47,966 nucleotides of DNA, taken from NCBI RefSeq assembly GCF_006345805.1, contig NW_021834459.1:1-47966 (forward strand), read 5' to 3'. The notes beneath the pieces are model-generated. The model worked only from the letters and a program-made list of their open reading frames with translations, was not told the DNA's origin and ran no database searches. Positions within the stretch are counted from its first letter, which is position 1. Each line of letters begins with the position of its first letter. Positions 1 through 11,678 of this stretch are shown here, piece by piece. Made by a program: the position numbers and the translations under genes. This DNA comes from Octopus sinensis. Lineage: Eukaryota.

Positions 1-388
1 TATACACATATATTTGTCACCCCACACTCACATACAGGTAAAAAGAAATGTTTGTACATAAAAGGACACACATACACACACACACATGTATCTGTACGTT
101 TGTATGTTAAAATACTGTTTGAGCATATGCCTGCATGCTTTCATTTATTATTGATAGAAAAAAACCAATAGATTATTTTTTTTCTCTTCAGAAAAATGGC
201 ACTGAATAATATTTTTTTTACTTGAAATGTAAAAATTCTAAATAGCATCTTATGTAAATCAATAATGTGTAACTTAAGAAAATAGTTTTGTACGTTCCGT
301 TATTAAATGTGTTTCGTATTCCTCTTCACTCTTTCTCTGCCGCTTTCTGTCTCTCTCACTCTTTCTTTTACTCTCTTTTTCTAAGTTG

Positions 389-391
<3 letters not shown>

Positions 392-420
<29 letters not shown>

Positions 421-788
421 TATATGTATATATATATATATATATATATGTATGAAAATATATGCATACATATATATATTATATATACACACATATATAT
501 ATATATACATATATACATACACACACGAACATACACATGCATATATATACATGTGTGTATATATCTCTCTCTCTATATATGTATATAAATTTATATATAT
601 AAATTTATATATATATATATTATATATATATATATATAATATATATATATATATATGTAAGTATATGTATATATATATATATGTATGTATATATGTATAT
701 ATATATATGTATGTATATATATATATATGTATATATATATAGTTTATGTATATATGTATATATATATATATGTTGTATATATTATATG

Positions 789-826
<38 letters not shown>

Positions 827-900
827 TATATATATGAATAAGTACATGTATATATATTTCTAAATATATGCGTGTATGTATGTATATATGTGTGTGAATG
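392..900. repeat. Compound (CT)n/(TA)n/(TATG)n microsatellite block
   Basis: Directly visible dinucleotide and tetranucleotide runs; these explain the overlapping YIYI-type ORFs. Confidence 0.95.
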
Positions 901-1389
901 TGTCTTTGTATGTGCGTGTGTAAGCCTGTGTTTTTTTTTCTGTATATGTGTGTTTGTGTGTGTGTGTGTGCTAAAATGCTTTATTCTACAACCTAGACAA
1001 TAGCAAATGCATTTTATATGATGTGCTAGTTGTCGATAATCAAAGGTTACGGAGTTCGTTTGTGGTACTACTGTTACTATCCTGTTTTTTCTCTCTTTCT
1101 CTATGCAGTACAAGACTCCGTACAAAGCGTTGCTGCCATATTTTCTATAAATGAATTAATCTGCCTGTGTAAAGCAATTTCTTTGAAATGAATTAAAGCC
1201 TGTTACCAGATCCGCAGGAGAGCTAAGCTGGGATATAATGGTTTTAACAGTGTGATACTTTGCTTCTTATATTTTACATTTACAATATGTATGCATGTAT
1301 GTATGTATGTATGTATGTATGTATGTATGTATGTATGTATGTATGTATGTCCGTATGCTTCTATGTATCTATGTAGTAGTAATGGTAAT

Positions 1390-1815
1390 AACGGTTTCAA
1401 ATTTTGCCACAAGGGCAACCATTTCGGGAAAGGGGGATAGTCGCTCATTACATCGACCCCAATATTTCACTGGTACTTAATTTACCAAACACCGAAAGGA
1501 TGAAAGGCAATGTCTACCTCGGCGAAATTTGAACTCAGAACGTAGCGCAGACGAAATTCCGCTAAGTATTTCGCCCGCATGCTAACAATTCTTATTTCTT
1601 TACTGACCACAAGTGGCTACACACAGAGGGGACAAACAAGAACAGACAAACGGATTAAGTCGATTATATCGACCCCAGTGCTTAACTGGTACTTAATTTA
1701 TCGACCCTGAAAGGATGAAAGGCAAAGTCGACCTCGGTGGAATTTGAACTCAGAACGTAAAGACAGACGAAATACCACTACGCATTTCGCCCATCGTGCT
1801 AACGTTTCTGCCAGC
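1390..1815 (-). mobile_element. Two tandem tRNA-derived SINEs, family 1 (Deu/Nin-domain-like body)
   Basis: The reverse complement matches the consensus seen elsewhere in the window: A-box-like tggcagaaacgttag, B-box gagttcaaattcc, body gcctttcatcctttcggggtcgataaattaagtacc. The units join at about 1592/1593. Confidence 0.85.
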
Positions 1816-2054
1816 AAAACGATTCTGCTAGCTTCTTCCTCAGTAATATATAACCAGACCAGTTTCATTTTTTTCATCAAAAGCAGGTATATCATTGCGA
1901 ATACTTTTTTCTAAGCAAAGCAGCAGGAATGAATAGGCAGACGTTGTCCAAATTATTTAAAATATCATGATGGAAGTTTTGATTCTTAGATGCAAACCAA
2001 GTATTTTCTTAAAGGAAAATTTCGAAAATTCTTTTCAATAAGAGAAACATATAG

Positions 2055-2216
2055 ACGCAGGAGTGTTTGTGCGGTTAGCAATTTGCTTATCAACTACATG
2101 GGTCCGGGTTCAATCTCACCGCGTGGTATCTTGGGCAACAGTATTCTACTATAGCCTCGGCGCGACCAAATCCTTCTGAGAGGATTTGGTAGACGGAAAC
2201 TGAAAGAGGCCAGTCG

Positions 2217-2218
<2 letters not shown>
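2055..2218 (+). mobile_element. SINE family 2 head (tRNA-like + CORE-like), 3' half missing
   Basis: ggtccgggttcaatctc (B-box), tcttgggcaa... and gatttggtagacggaaactgaaag, followed by (TA)n; same family as 27285-27657 and 37345-37760. Confidence 0.85.
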
Positions 2219-2283
<65 letters not shown>

Positions 2284-2287
2284 ATAT

Positions 2288-2503
2288 ACGTTTATATGTT
2301 TGTTTTGCAAGATTCTTGATATGAAGTCGTGTGTTGAAACAGATGTTGTATTTAGGAATGGTCATGTTGCCAGTTTAGCCAATAAAAACACACGCACTAT
2401 ATATTTGGTGTTAATTTGCTTCAGCTTTATTTATTTTTTACATTAATCTTAATCTTATTTCGGCCAGAGTTCTTTCGTCACACTTCTGTGACCTCATCAG
2501 TGG
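2288..2503 (-). mobile_element. Hammerhead-bearing short element (probable Penelope-like pseudo-LTR remnant) abutting (TA)n
   Basis: Minus strand reads hammerhead (2503-2464), then an AATAAA-containing AT-rich body, then (TA)n at about 2287. Confidence 0.6.
2464..2503 (-). ncRNA. Minimal type-I hammerhead ribozyme motif
   Basis: Reverse complement: cca-CTGATGA-g-gtcaca(gaag)tgtgac-GAA-AGAACT-C-tgg. It has an intact core, a perfect 6-bp stem II, a minimal stem III and stem I cca/tgg. Confidence 0.7.
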
Positions 2504-2584
2504 TCCTTTGCTTTCTTCTTTCTTATTTGTGTACCTCTCCTTACTAACGGTCAGCCATTTTGTATTTTGTATTCCTAATAGAAT

Positions 2585-2996
2585 AGAAATATATGTGTAC
2601 ACTAATAGGTGTAAGTGTTCCCACTGATAAAGATATATCTGTAAAGGAATTTGACAATCTAAGTAAATATAAGAATCTGGAAATTGAAATACAAAAGATT
2701 TGGCATCTTCAAACGAGAACTGGTAGGTGCGCTAGGTATAGTAAAAAAGGGATGTCAGAAACATCTAGATAATATCTCAGGAGAAACATGTCTCAGAGAA
2801 ATCCAAAAGATTGTACTGTCAAGTACTGCCCACATCCTTCGACAAACCCTATTCATTTAAATATCTGTGTTGTATTACATGAAGATATTTCGCTACCTCC
2901 CCTCCCCAAGCTTTAAGTCATACTGTAACATCTCTAATCCTTCTCTCACCCCAGGATACTGGGTGTGTCTCGGCAAGTGATGCAGATTAAAAGTAA

Positions 2997-2998
<2 letters not shown>
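2585..2998 (+). mobile_element. 5'-truncated R4/Dong-like LINE, family A (RLE C-terminus + 3' UTR)
   Basis: Decayed translation ...VSVPTDKDISVKEFDNLSKYKNLEIEIQKIWHL...VGALGIVKKGCQKHL...EIQKIVLSSTAHILRQTL*, homologous to the ORFs at 11857-12213 and 14277-14684; ends in (TAA)n at 2998-3057. Confidence 0.85.
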
Positions 2999-3057
<59 letters not shown>

Positions 3058-3058
<1 letters not shown>

Positions 3059-3611
3059 ATACCCTGAGGCAGTACCAGACTTGCTCCCACGGCTCCTGAT
3101 CTTACCTGATTAGAAGTGTTATCATGTACATTGTTTTGTCTTGGTATAAAAGACGGGCAGCAGAAAATATTCTGCTCAATACCACAGATTTGCTTGTCAG
3201 TTGTTTGACTTTAACCAGTTGAGCACGTCTTTTAGTGGCTGACGATATGTGCATCTCTGATCACAAGGATAAGTAGTGGGAGCAGCATAGCCATGTGTTG
3301 AGAGGGATTTGTTGGGGTTTGGATAATTTACCTCTGGAAACATGAGTGGTTCTTTCAACATCCTTAAACAACCCTTATTCAGGGACCTTTTGAGCGGGAT
3401 GGGCTACTCAACCTGAAGAAAATTCAAAACTGGGCCCCACCTGCAAGGTCATGCACCTTTTATCTTGATATGAGAACACCATGACGCGCACATATGGTTG
3501 TGATGCATGTGCCTAGTATACCTTTATCAGACGGGTAGTCACGATGGGTATACTGGGCGTTGTATATTTTACCCCAGTGTCACTTTGATGGCATGCACTG
3601 CTCTCTCACTC
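3058..3611 (+). mobile_element. About 550-bp non-coding element flanked on both sides by (TAA)n; candidate Dong-mobilised non-autonomous element
   Basis: Complex non-coding sequence bounded exactly by (TAA)n tracts between two Dong fragments. Orientation is inferred from the ...ctcactcAATAAT junction. Confidence 0.5.
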
Positions 3612-3677
<66 letters not shown>

Positions 3678-3690
3678 TAATAATAATAAT

Positions 3691-3983
3691 ACTGGAAATA
3701 GAGGTAACCAGAATGTGGAATCTAAAAACAGAAACAATTCCTATCATAGTGGGTGCATTAGGCATGATAAAAAAAATATTCAGACAAATACATAACAAAA
3801 ACACCAGGTCTTACAAAACATATAACATACAGAAAATTGCACTACTAGGCACTGCACACATCCTACGCAGAACACTTTCCATACAATAACCATCAGAGCA
3901 TCACAACAAATCACAGCACATACCTAAGGCACACAGAGCTGCGCTCGGTAGTGAAGTGAAAGCACGCTATAAAAATAAAACTA

Positions 3984-3988
<5 letters not shown>
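3691..3988 (+). mobile_element. 5'-truncated R4/Dong-like LINE, family B
   Basis: LEIEVTRMWNLKTETIPIIVGALGMIKK... plus 3' UTR; near-identical to the 3' part of the element at 11120-11640; (TAA)n on both sides. Confidence 0.9.
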
Positions 3989-4016
<28 letters not shown>

Positions 4017-4200
4017 CCGTACAGTAGGCATAAGACCTGAAGTTTTGGGTTGGGGCTCAACTGATAGTTATTTTATCAAATTCGGAAGGATGGGAAGCAA
4101 AGTCACCCTCAGTGGCAACTGAACGCAGAACATAAAGAGCTGAAAGAAACACCTGCCAAGAATTTTGTTAGATGCTAACGATTCTGCGGGATCGCCAAAA
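4017..4200 (-). mobile_element. Diverged SINE family 1 whose (TTA)n tail is the 3989-4016 tract
   Basis: Reverse complement ends ...aaacttcaggtcttatgcctactgtacggattattatt, the same tail type as the copy at 9108-9325. Confidence 0.65.
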
Positions 4201-4409
4201 ATCCTCCGTAATGAATTCCGTTCAATTTTCTCTTCTTCTTAAATGCAAGCGCATATGGCATGTATTACCAGGGCTACAATCCCTACTCCTGTTGTCAAGA
4301 CCATTGCCACTACCCAGCACCACCCACCAACACTACACCGACAACAACAACAAAATCACCATAAAACCAACATGGCTATTGTAATCATTTCCACATTATT
4401 TTTCCCACT

Positions 4410-4448
4410 ACTACTACTACTACTAACTACTACTACTACTACTACTAT

Positions 4449-4529
<81 letters not shown>

Positions 4530-4723
4530 ACTACTACTACTACTACTACTGCTGCTTCTGCTGCTGCTGCTGCTAGTACTACTACTACTGCTGCTGCTGT
4601 GCTGCTGCTGCTACTACTATTACTGCTACTACTAATATTACTAATACTACAACTGCAGTGCTGCCGCCGCTACTGCTGCTACTACAATTGTTGCGCTGCT
4701 GCTGCTGCTGCTGCTGCTTGCTG

Positions 4724-4772
<49 letters not shown>

Positions 4773-5520
4773 AGCTCTCTTCCTCTTTAATATCTACAAG
4801 TTGGAATCTTATTTCATCTTTCTCCAGTATTGATATTGGTGATGTTGCGTATTGAAGTTGTTCTACTGATAGTAAGCGATGACGGATGCGACGTGACTGA
4901 TAATGCTGGTAGTGAGGATGCTGGTGGTGATGCCGATGATGAAGATGGAGAAAGTTCTTGCGATGGAGACAACGGTAAAATCGAGCTAAAATCTGAAACG
5001 TATTGACAATGGTAGGCGAGGTTGTTGGTACCGTTCGTGGTGGTGGCGGAAGTTGTGGTGGTAGAGACGGCGAAGACCATGATGTGACGATGGTTGTAGT
5101 GTAAGGGTTCCTTAAGACACTGCTACTGTTTGTGGTGATGGTGTGGTGATAGTGGTGATGGTGATGATGGTGGTGATGATGATGATGGTGATGATGGTGG
5201 TGGTGGTGATGATGATGATGGTGATGATGGTGGTGATGGAGATGGTGATGATGATGATGGTGATGGTGGTGGTGGTGGTAGTGGTGATGATGATGATGGT
5301 GGTGGTAATGGTGGTGGTGATGATGATGGTAATGATGGTGGTGGTGATGACGGTGGGGTTGTTGTGGTGGTGGTGGTTGTTGGTGGTTACGGTGTGCTGT
5401 AGTGGTTATGGTGGTGATGGTGGCAGTGGTGGTGATCGTGGTGATGATGATGGTGGTGGTGATGGTAGGGATGGTGGTGATGATGGTGGCAGTGATGGTG
5501 ATGTTGGTGTTGTTCTTGGT
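4410..5520. repeat. (ACT)n/(GCT)n and (GAT/GGT)n triplet arrays separated by about 350 bp of complex sequence
   Basis: Directly visible triplet runs. Confidence 0.9.
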
Positions 5521-5829
5521 GCTGGTTGTGACATAGCTTGTCTCAGTTAGTAATGATGACAGTAGAAGTGGTACGGATACCGGTGGGTGTGTGGTGGTCG
5601 TCAATATGGAAGCAGAATCCCAACGGTAGTGGCAGAGGCCGTGGTGGTGTAGGCCGTGATCGAGTGGTAGTAGTGGCGGTGGTGGTGATGATGACAAAGA
5701 AATATCAACATATACAACAAAAGTAAACAAAATATGTAGAAATTATAAGAAAATAATAAAAATTATGCTGAAAAAATGATAAATGAAACTCAGATGTGAA
5801 ACCCACATGCACAAACGCACGCGCAAACA

Positions 5830-6150
5830 CACACATATGCACATACACATGCATACATACATACATGCATACATACATGCATACATACATACATACATAC
5901 ATACATACATACATACATACATACATACATACATACATACATGCATACATACATACATACATACGTACATACGTACATACATACATACATACATACATAC
6001 GTACATACATACATACATACATGCACACATACATGCACACATACATACATACATACATACACAACAACATACATACATACATACATGCATACATACATAC
6101 ATACACACATACATACATACATACATACATGCATACATACATACATACAC

Positions 6151-6185
<35 letters not shown>

Positions 6186-6190
6186 TATAT
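5830..6190. repeat. (TACA)n microsatellite
   Basis: Directly visible. Confidence 0.95.
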
Positions 6191-6198
6191 GTAATATA

Positions 6199-6340
6199 TT
6201 ATCCGCACCAACGCACGGTTGCAACACCATATGGTTGTACCTCCAACCGTGCTGTTTACTGCTGTGATTTTTGCTACTAAGGTATCGGTTAAACTTTTGA
6301 TTAATCTACTACAAGATTATTCATCTTTCTATTTCACATA
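6199..6340 (+). repeat. Unclassified dispersed repeat with conserved hairpin, copy 1
   Basis: ttatccgcac...cacggttg-N22-caaccgtg...gctac..ggtatcggtt, then (TA)n; homologous to 36541-36678. Confidence 0.7.
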
Positions 6341-6426
<86 letters not shown>

Positions 6427-6709
6427 CATATACACATTGCGTATGAGTTCGTAATGTTTCGTTGATATGGAAACATCCTTTAAAGAATTACAATTGCTCC
6501 ATCTCCTACGCCACATCTGTCCATGTCTTTTTGACTCCATGTTTTTACATTCGACAAAACTAATATATATATATACGTGTGACTGTGTGCTTGTGCGTGT
6601 TTGTGTGTGGTCGGTCGGTTGGTTGGCTGGTTGGTGCGTTATATATATATATATATATATGGATGTATCTCTGTAAACATACGTTTATATATATATATGT
6701 ACATATATG

Positions 6710-6770
<61 letters not shown>

Positions 6771-7395
6771 TACATGTATGTAGTCAATATTTTCCGTTGG
6801 TTGTTCATTCTCCATTTATGTATTTATGTTTGATCATATTCTCCTAGGCTGCGATAACTAATAGTACATAAATAGAGCAATAACGGATGAGAAACTTCAG
6901 ACAAGCAACAGAAAAGAAAAATGATGGAACGCGCAAGCGGTAGATCGATGGATAGATAGAAAGACAGCGAGTGAGAGAGAGGTGGTGGTAGAGAGTGTAT
7001 GTGTATGTGTGAGCGAGAGAGAAAGTATGGCGTAGATGCATAAGTGTTGGCGGAGAAAAAGGCGGCAAAAGAGAGAAAGTAAAAATGTATGAAAATATAC
7101 GATTCTTAAAGAAAGATAGAAACGAGAGATGTACAGAGTGATAAAAGCATCTGGTAAAGAGAGGCTCGTTGAACTTAAATTTTGAAGCGTTCCAAAATAG
7201 AAATTATTGAAATTAATAAAGAAAATTGTTAACATTGAGAGGAAACTGTGTGATGTGCATGTATGTAACGGGGGACATACGGGCAATTGGTAAGCAGAAT
7301 CATTGATGTTCAGAGAATGTACTTAAAACTGTAATTTTCAACAGCTTCCATTTTTGTGTTGTTAAAATTCTCTCTCTTTCTCGCTCTGTCTTTGC

Positions 7396-7426
<31 letters not shown>

Positions 7427-7794
7427 CCTCGATTACCCTACCCCTCTCTCTCCCTCTCTATTCTATATAAACACACGCACATACATACGTACATGTATAT
7501 TTGTATAATATATATGTGTATATATATATGTATATATCTTTCACAATCTATACACACACGCAAACATACATATATATATATATATCTATATATATATAAA
7601 TATATATATGTACATACATTGATATATATATATATGTGTGTGTGTGTATTTATGTATATGTATGTGTACAATATGCATACGTACATGCATATATATATGT
7701 GTGTGTATGTGGTGTAATTATATTATCTATCTATCTATCTATCTATTATCTTCTCTCTCTCTATATATACTTATATATAGTATATGTAATATAT

Positions 7795-7825
<31 letters not shown>

Positions 7826-7827
7826 GT

Positions 7828-7882
<55 letters not shown>

Positions 7883-7885
7883 GTA

Positions 7886-7931
<46 letters not shown>

Positions 7932-8950
7932 ATCTATAATACTACACACCACACACACATAGACTGAATATTCGTCACGTGAAAGTAAGTTGTGATCAGA
8001 AGAAACATTTCTAAGCTTAGAGTTGCCACCTGTGCATGAGTGTGTAACGTACGTGCGTGTATGTGTGTATGTGTGTATGTGTGTATGTGTGTGTGTGTTT
8101 TGTGTGTGTGCGTGCAAGTATAAACGTTATGGTTTTGATATACATGCATATTGTATGCACCAAAACTCCACGCATGCATATATATATATATATATTCTTA
8201 TATATATACATACCAACATATATATACATACATATACACAGATATATTATATATATGTATGCCTCAGTGCGTATGCGTGTATATGTATGTGTGTATAGAA
8301 ATTCCCTTGTGTAGGTACAGCCATACGCATGGGAACGTGTATATATGCATGTATATAAATACCATAGCGTTTAGCTTACGAACGCACACATATACACACT
8401 CACACTGGCGTATTAACTCTACGCTTACTTAGAAACAGTACTTCCGGTCACATCTTACTCTCACGGGATCAGAACGTTCTAAAGAGAAGCGATACATTGT
8501 TGTTATATGCTTCTGTTTGGTATAGGTAAGGAAACTCTATTTCCGGAGTTAGTATCCTGACAGATTCGCGAAACGGAAACAAGATGATGTGAGTTGAGAA
8601 GTAGGAATCTGCACATATAATTCAGAGCGTTTAACATGTCCGTCCTGCTTTCTAGCTAGCTCGTCAACGATATACCACCAGGTGTCGCTTCAAATTTAAT
8701 CATAGATACTAAGAAGTAGATCAACGATGTGGATTAAAGAAAATACCTGGGAAGAAGCGTTCTGTATACTATATACAAATACGGTGCGTGTCTAGTGTGA
8801 TGGAAAACTTCGTTCAGCTTTGATAATCAAGGAAGATATAAGACAAAACTTCTCGCTCGGTGTGCTTAAAATGTAAAATCAGTTAGCAAGGTTAATAACT
8901 TCAATAAATCGTCCGATGAATAGGTTTTGCGCAATATACATATTTCTTAG

Positions 8951-9321
8951 GGCCGCGACATAGCAGCATTATTCCGCCGAGGTCGTCTTTGCTTTTCATC
9001 CTTTCGGGGTCAATAAATTATGTTCCAGTGAAAACACTGGGGTCGATGTAATCGACTCATCCCCGCCCACAAATTCATTGCCATCTGGCAAAATTCGAAA
9101 CCACATAGGGCGATGAGCTAGCAGAATCATTAGCACGTTGGACGAAATGCTTAGGGCAATTTCACCTGTTGCTACGTTCTGAGATCAAATTCCGCCAAGG
9201 TCGACTTTACCTTTCATCCTTTCGGGGTCGATGAATTAAGTACCAACGAAACACTGGGGTCGATGTAATCGACTAGTCCTCTTTCTCCAAATTTCAGGCC
9301 TTGTGCCTACGGTAGAAAGGA

Positions 9322-9388
<67 letters not shown>

Positions 9389-9391
9389 GAC

Positions 9392-9455
<64 letters not shown>

Positions 9456-10090
9456 GGTATTATTATTATCATCATTATTATTATTTGTTAAGGCGGCGAG
9501 CTGGTAGAATCCTTAGCACGCCGAGCGAAATGCTTAGCAGTATTTCATCTAATGTTACGTGCTGAGTTCAAATTCCGCCGAGGTCAACTTTGCCTTTCAT
9601 CCTTTCGGGGTCGATTAGATAAGCACCAGTTACACACTGGGATCGACTTAACCTCTTCCCCCAAATTTGAGGACATGTGCTTCTAGTAGAAAGGGTTATT
9701 ACCGCCGCCTTTGCTAAGGCCGAAGTATTGTTGACAGTCGTGTTTGTTTATTTGTCCGTGGACAAGATATCTCAAGAGCTACTTGATGGATTTGGTTGAA
9801 ACTTTCAGTGACGTTTGGGCTCGTGACTGGCACGAACTGATCAGATTTTGGGATCGATCCAGTACCAGACAAAGATTCTGAATTATTTTTCATATTTTTT
9901 TTACTTAATTTTTGAGAGTGGTCGGGTTCATTTTGCTGCTACGTTTCGAGTTCAAATTCCGCCGTGGTCAACCTTGATCTTCATGCTTTCGGAGCCGATC
10001 ATATAAGTACCTGTTACGCACTGGGGTCGATATAATCGACTAGCCCCACTTCCACCAAAATTTTCAAGGGTCGTGCCTAAAGTAGATATT
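8951..10090 (+). mobile_element. Cluster of four SINE family 1 copies or fragments (about 8951-9105, 9108-9325, 9491-9715, 9935-10090) with a (TTA)n tail at 9325-9485
   Basis: Repeated ttccgccgaggtcgactttgcctttcatcctttcggggtcga body and ggcggcgagctgg heads. Confidence 0.85.
9716..9930 (+). mobile_element. HINE/DINE-1-like (non-autonomous Helentron) 5' fragment
   Basis: Starts ttattaccgccgcctttgctaaggccgaagt (degenerate subterminal hairpin) at a TT site, followed by a gtttgtttatttgtccgt microsatellite-like tract and gatggatttggttgaaactt. This layout resembles DINE-1/HINE elements. Confidence 0.45.
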
Positions 10091-10139
10091 ATAATACTAC
10101 TGGTTTGTGTGGTTGTAATCTTGAAAGTGTTGTGACGCG

Positions 10140-10520
10140 GGAGTAATTATGATGATAATGATGCTGATGATGGTGACAGTGGTGGTGGTAGTGGTGGTGG
10201 TGGCTGTGGTTGTGGTGTTGACGATGATGACGATGACGAGGATGGTGGTGGTGGTGGTGGTGATGGCGGGGATGATGATGAGGATGATGATTATGATGAT
10301 GAGGGTGATGTTGATGATGATGGTGCTGATCATGATAATAATAATGATGATGACGGTGGTGGTGGTGGCCGTAGTTGTGGTGCTGAGGATGATGACTATG
10401 ATGATGATGGTGGTGGTTGTGATGGCGGTGATAATAATGATGATGATGATTATGATGATGATGATGATGATGGTGGTGGTGATGATTATGATGATGATGA
10501 TGATGATGATGGTGACGATG
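10140..10520. repeat. (GAT/GGT)n microsatellite
   Basis: Directly visible. Confidence 0.95.
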
Positions 10521-11050
10521 TATCTTTACAGCTAACGGGTGAAAGCAACAGTTATGACTCATTGTTATTAGACTAACTCAGCTGAGTATATTATCACTCA
10601 GTTGCCAAGATTAAGAGGGATTAATATGAGATAAATAGAAGAAATACGGTCCCATTCATTACAAATATGAACTCTGTGTCTCAAGAAAATTGCATCAATG
10701 AAGACTTCTGCAAACTAAATGTAAATATGGAAACAAATATTAGTTGAAAATCGGCGATTAACAGGGATTATATATGTAACTCCTGGAGAAATAAAATCTT
10801 TTTAGGGTGCTTAAAATCTAAAATCCATAAAGAAACATCAATTAATTTGAAGAAAATCTCGCTTAAGGTTATGTTTAAAATTAAAAAATAATCACATATA
10901 TCTTGTGGCAATTCACAAATCTAATAAGTTCACAGATCTAAGAAGTCAATCTGAATATTTAGACCAATAAACAGCATAAACTTTTAAATGTATCTTCTCT
11001 TTAAACCCAATAAAACGGCAAAATAAATACATAGTATTATTATTATTATA

Positions 11051-11119
<69 letters not shown>

Positions 11120-11122
<3 letters not shown>

Positions 11123-11640
11123 TAGTTTTATTTTTTATAGCGTGCTTTCACTTCACTACAGAGCGCAGCTCTGTATGCCTTGGGTATGTGCTGTGATTTG
11201 TTGTGATGCTCTAATGGTTGTTGTATGGAAAGCGTTCTGCGTAGGATGTGTGCAGTGCCTAGTAGTGCAATTTTCTGTATGTTATATGTGTTTGTAAGTC
11301 CTGGTGTTTTTGTTATGTATTTGTCTGAATATTTTTTTATCATGCCTAATGCACCTACTATGATAGGAATTGTTTCTGTTTTTAGATTCCACATTCTGGT
11401 TACCTCTATTTCCAGATCTTTGTATTTTGAAAGTTTCTCCATTTCTTTTAGAGACACGTTGTCATCTGCCGGTATTGATACATCAATTAGAAAGCATTTT
11501 TTTCTTCATGATCTCTGACAATTACATCTGGTCTGTTGGCCTTAATTTCTCTATCTGTGTGTATCGGCATATCCCAGAGTATGGTTGCTTTCTAGTTTTC
11601 TGTGACCTTTTCTGGTGTGTGCCTATACCATCTTTTCTCT
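11120..11640 (-). mobile_element. 5'-truncated R4/Dong-like LINE, family B
   Basis: ...TILWDMPIHTDREIKANRPDVIVRD...CFLIDVSIPADDNVSLKEMEKLSKYKDLEIEV... (PD-(D/E)xK restriction-like endonuclease); bounded by (TTA)n at about 11035-11119 and 11645-11678. Confidence 0.9.
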
Positions 11641-11641
11641 G

Positions 11642-11678
<37 letters not shown>

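Noticed and set aside
3481-3600. Possible hammerhead or HDV-like ribozyme in the 550-bp element (ctgataa on the minus strand; gc-tcccacg-gc near 3084)
   Set aside because: No GAAA with a pairable stem II for a hammerhead, and no P1 partner strand for an HDV fold; only a simple hairpin is supported.
4585-5730. 381-aa His/Thr/Ser-rich ORF on the minus strand
   Set aside because: Mostly triplet repeats on a T-poor strand where stops are rare. It has no domain, no convincing splice acceptor and overlapping frames are also open. A low-complexity exon cannot be fully excluded without RNA data.
5705-6280. YVCM/HTYI repeat ORFs here and at 18.7-19.5, 30.8-33.3 and 43.1-43.8 kb
   Set aside because: Translations of (TATG)n/(TACA)n microsatellites.
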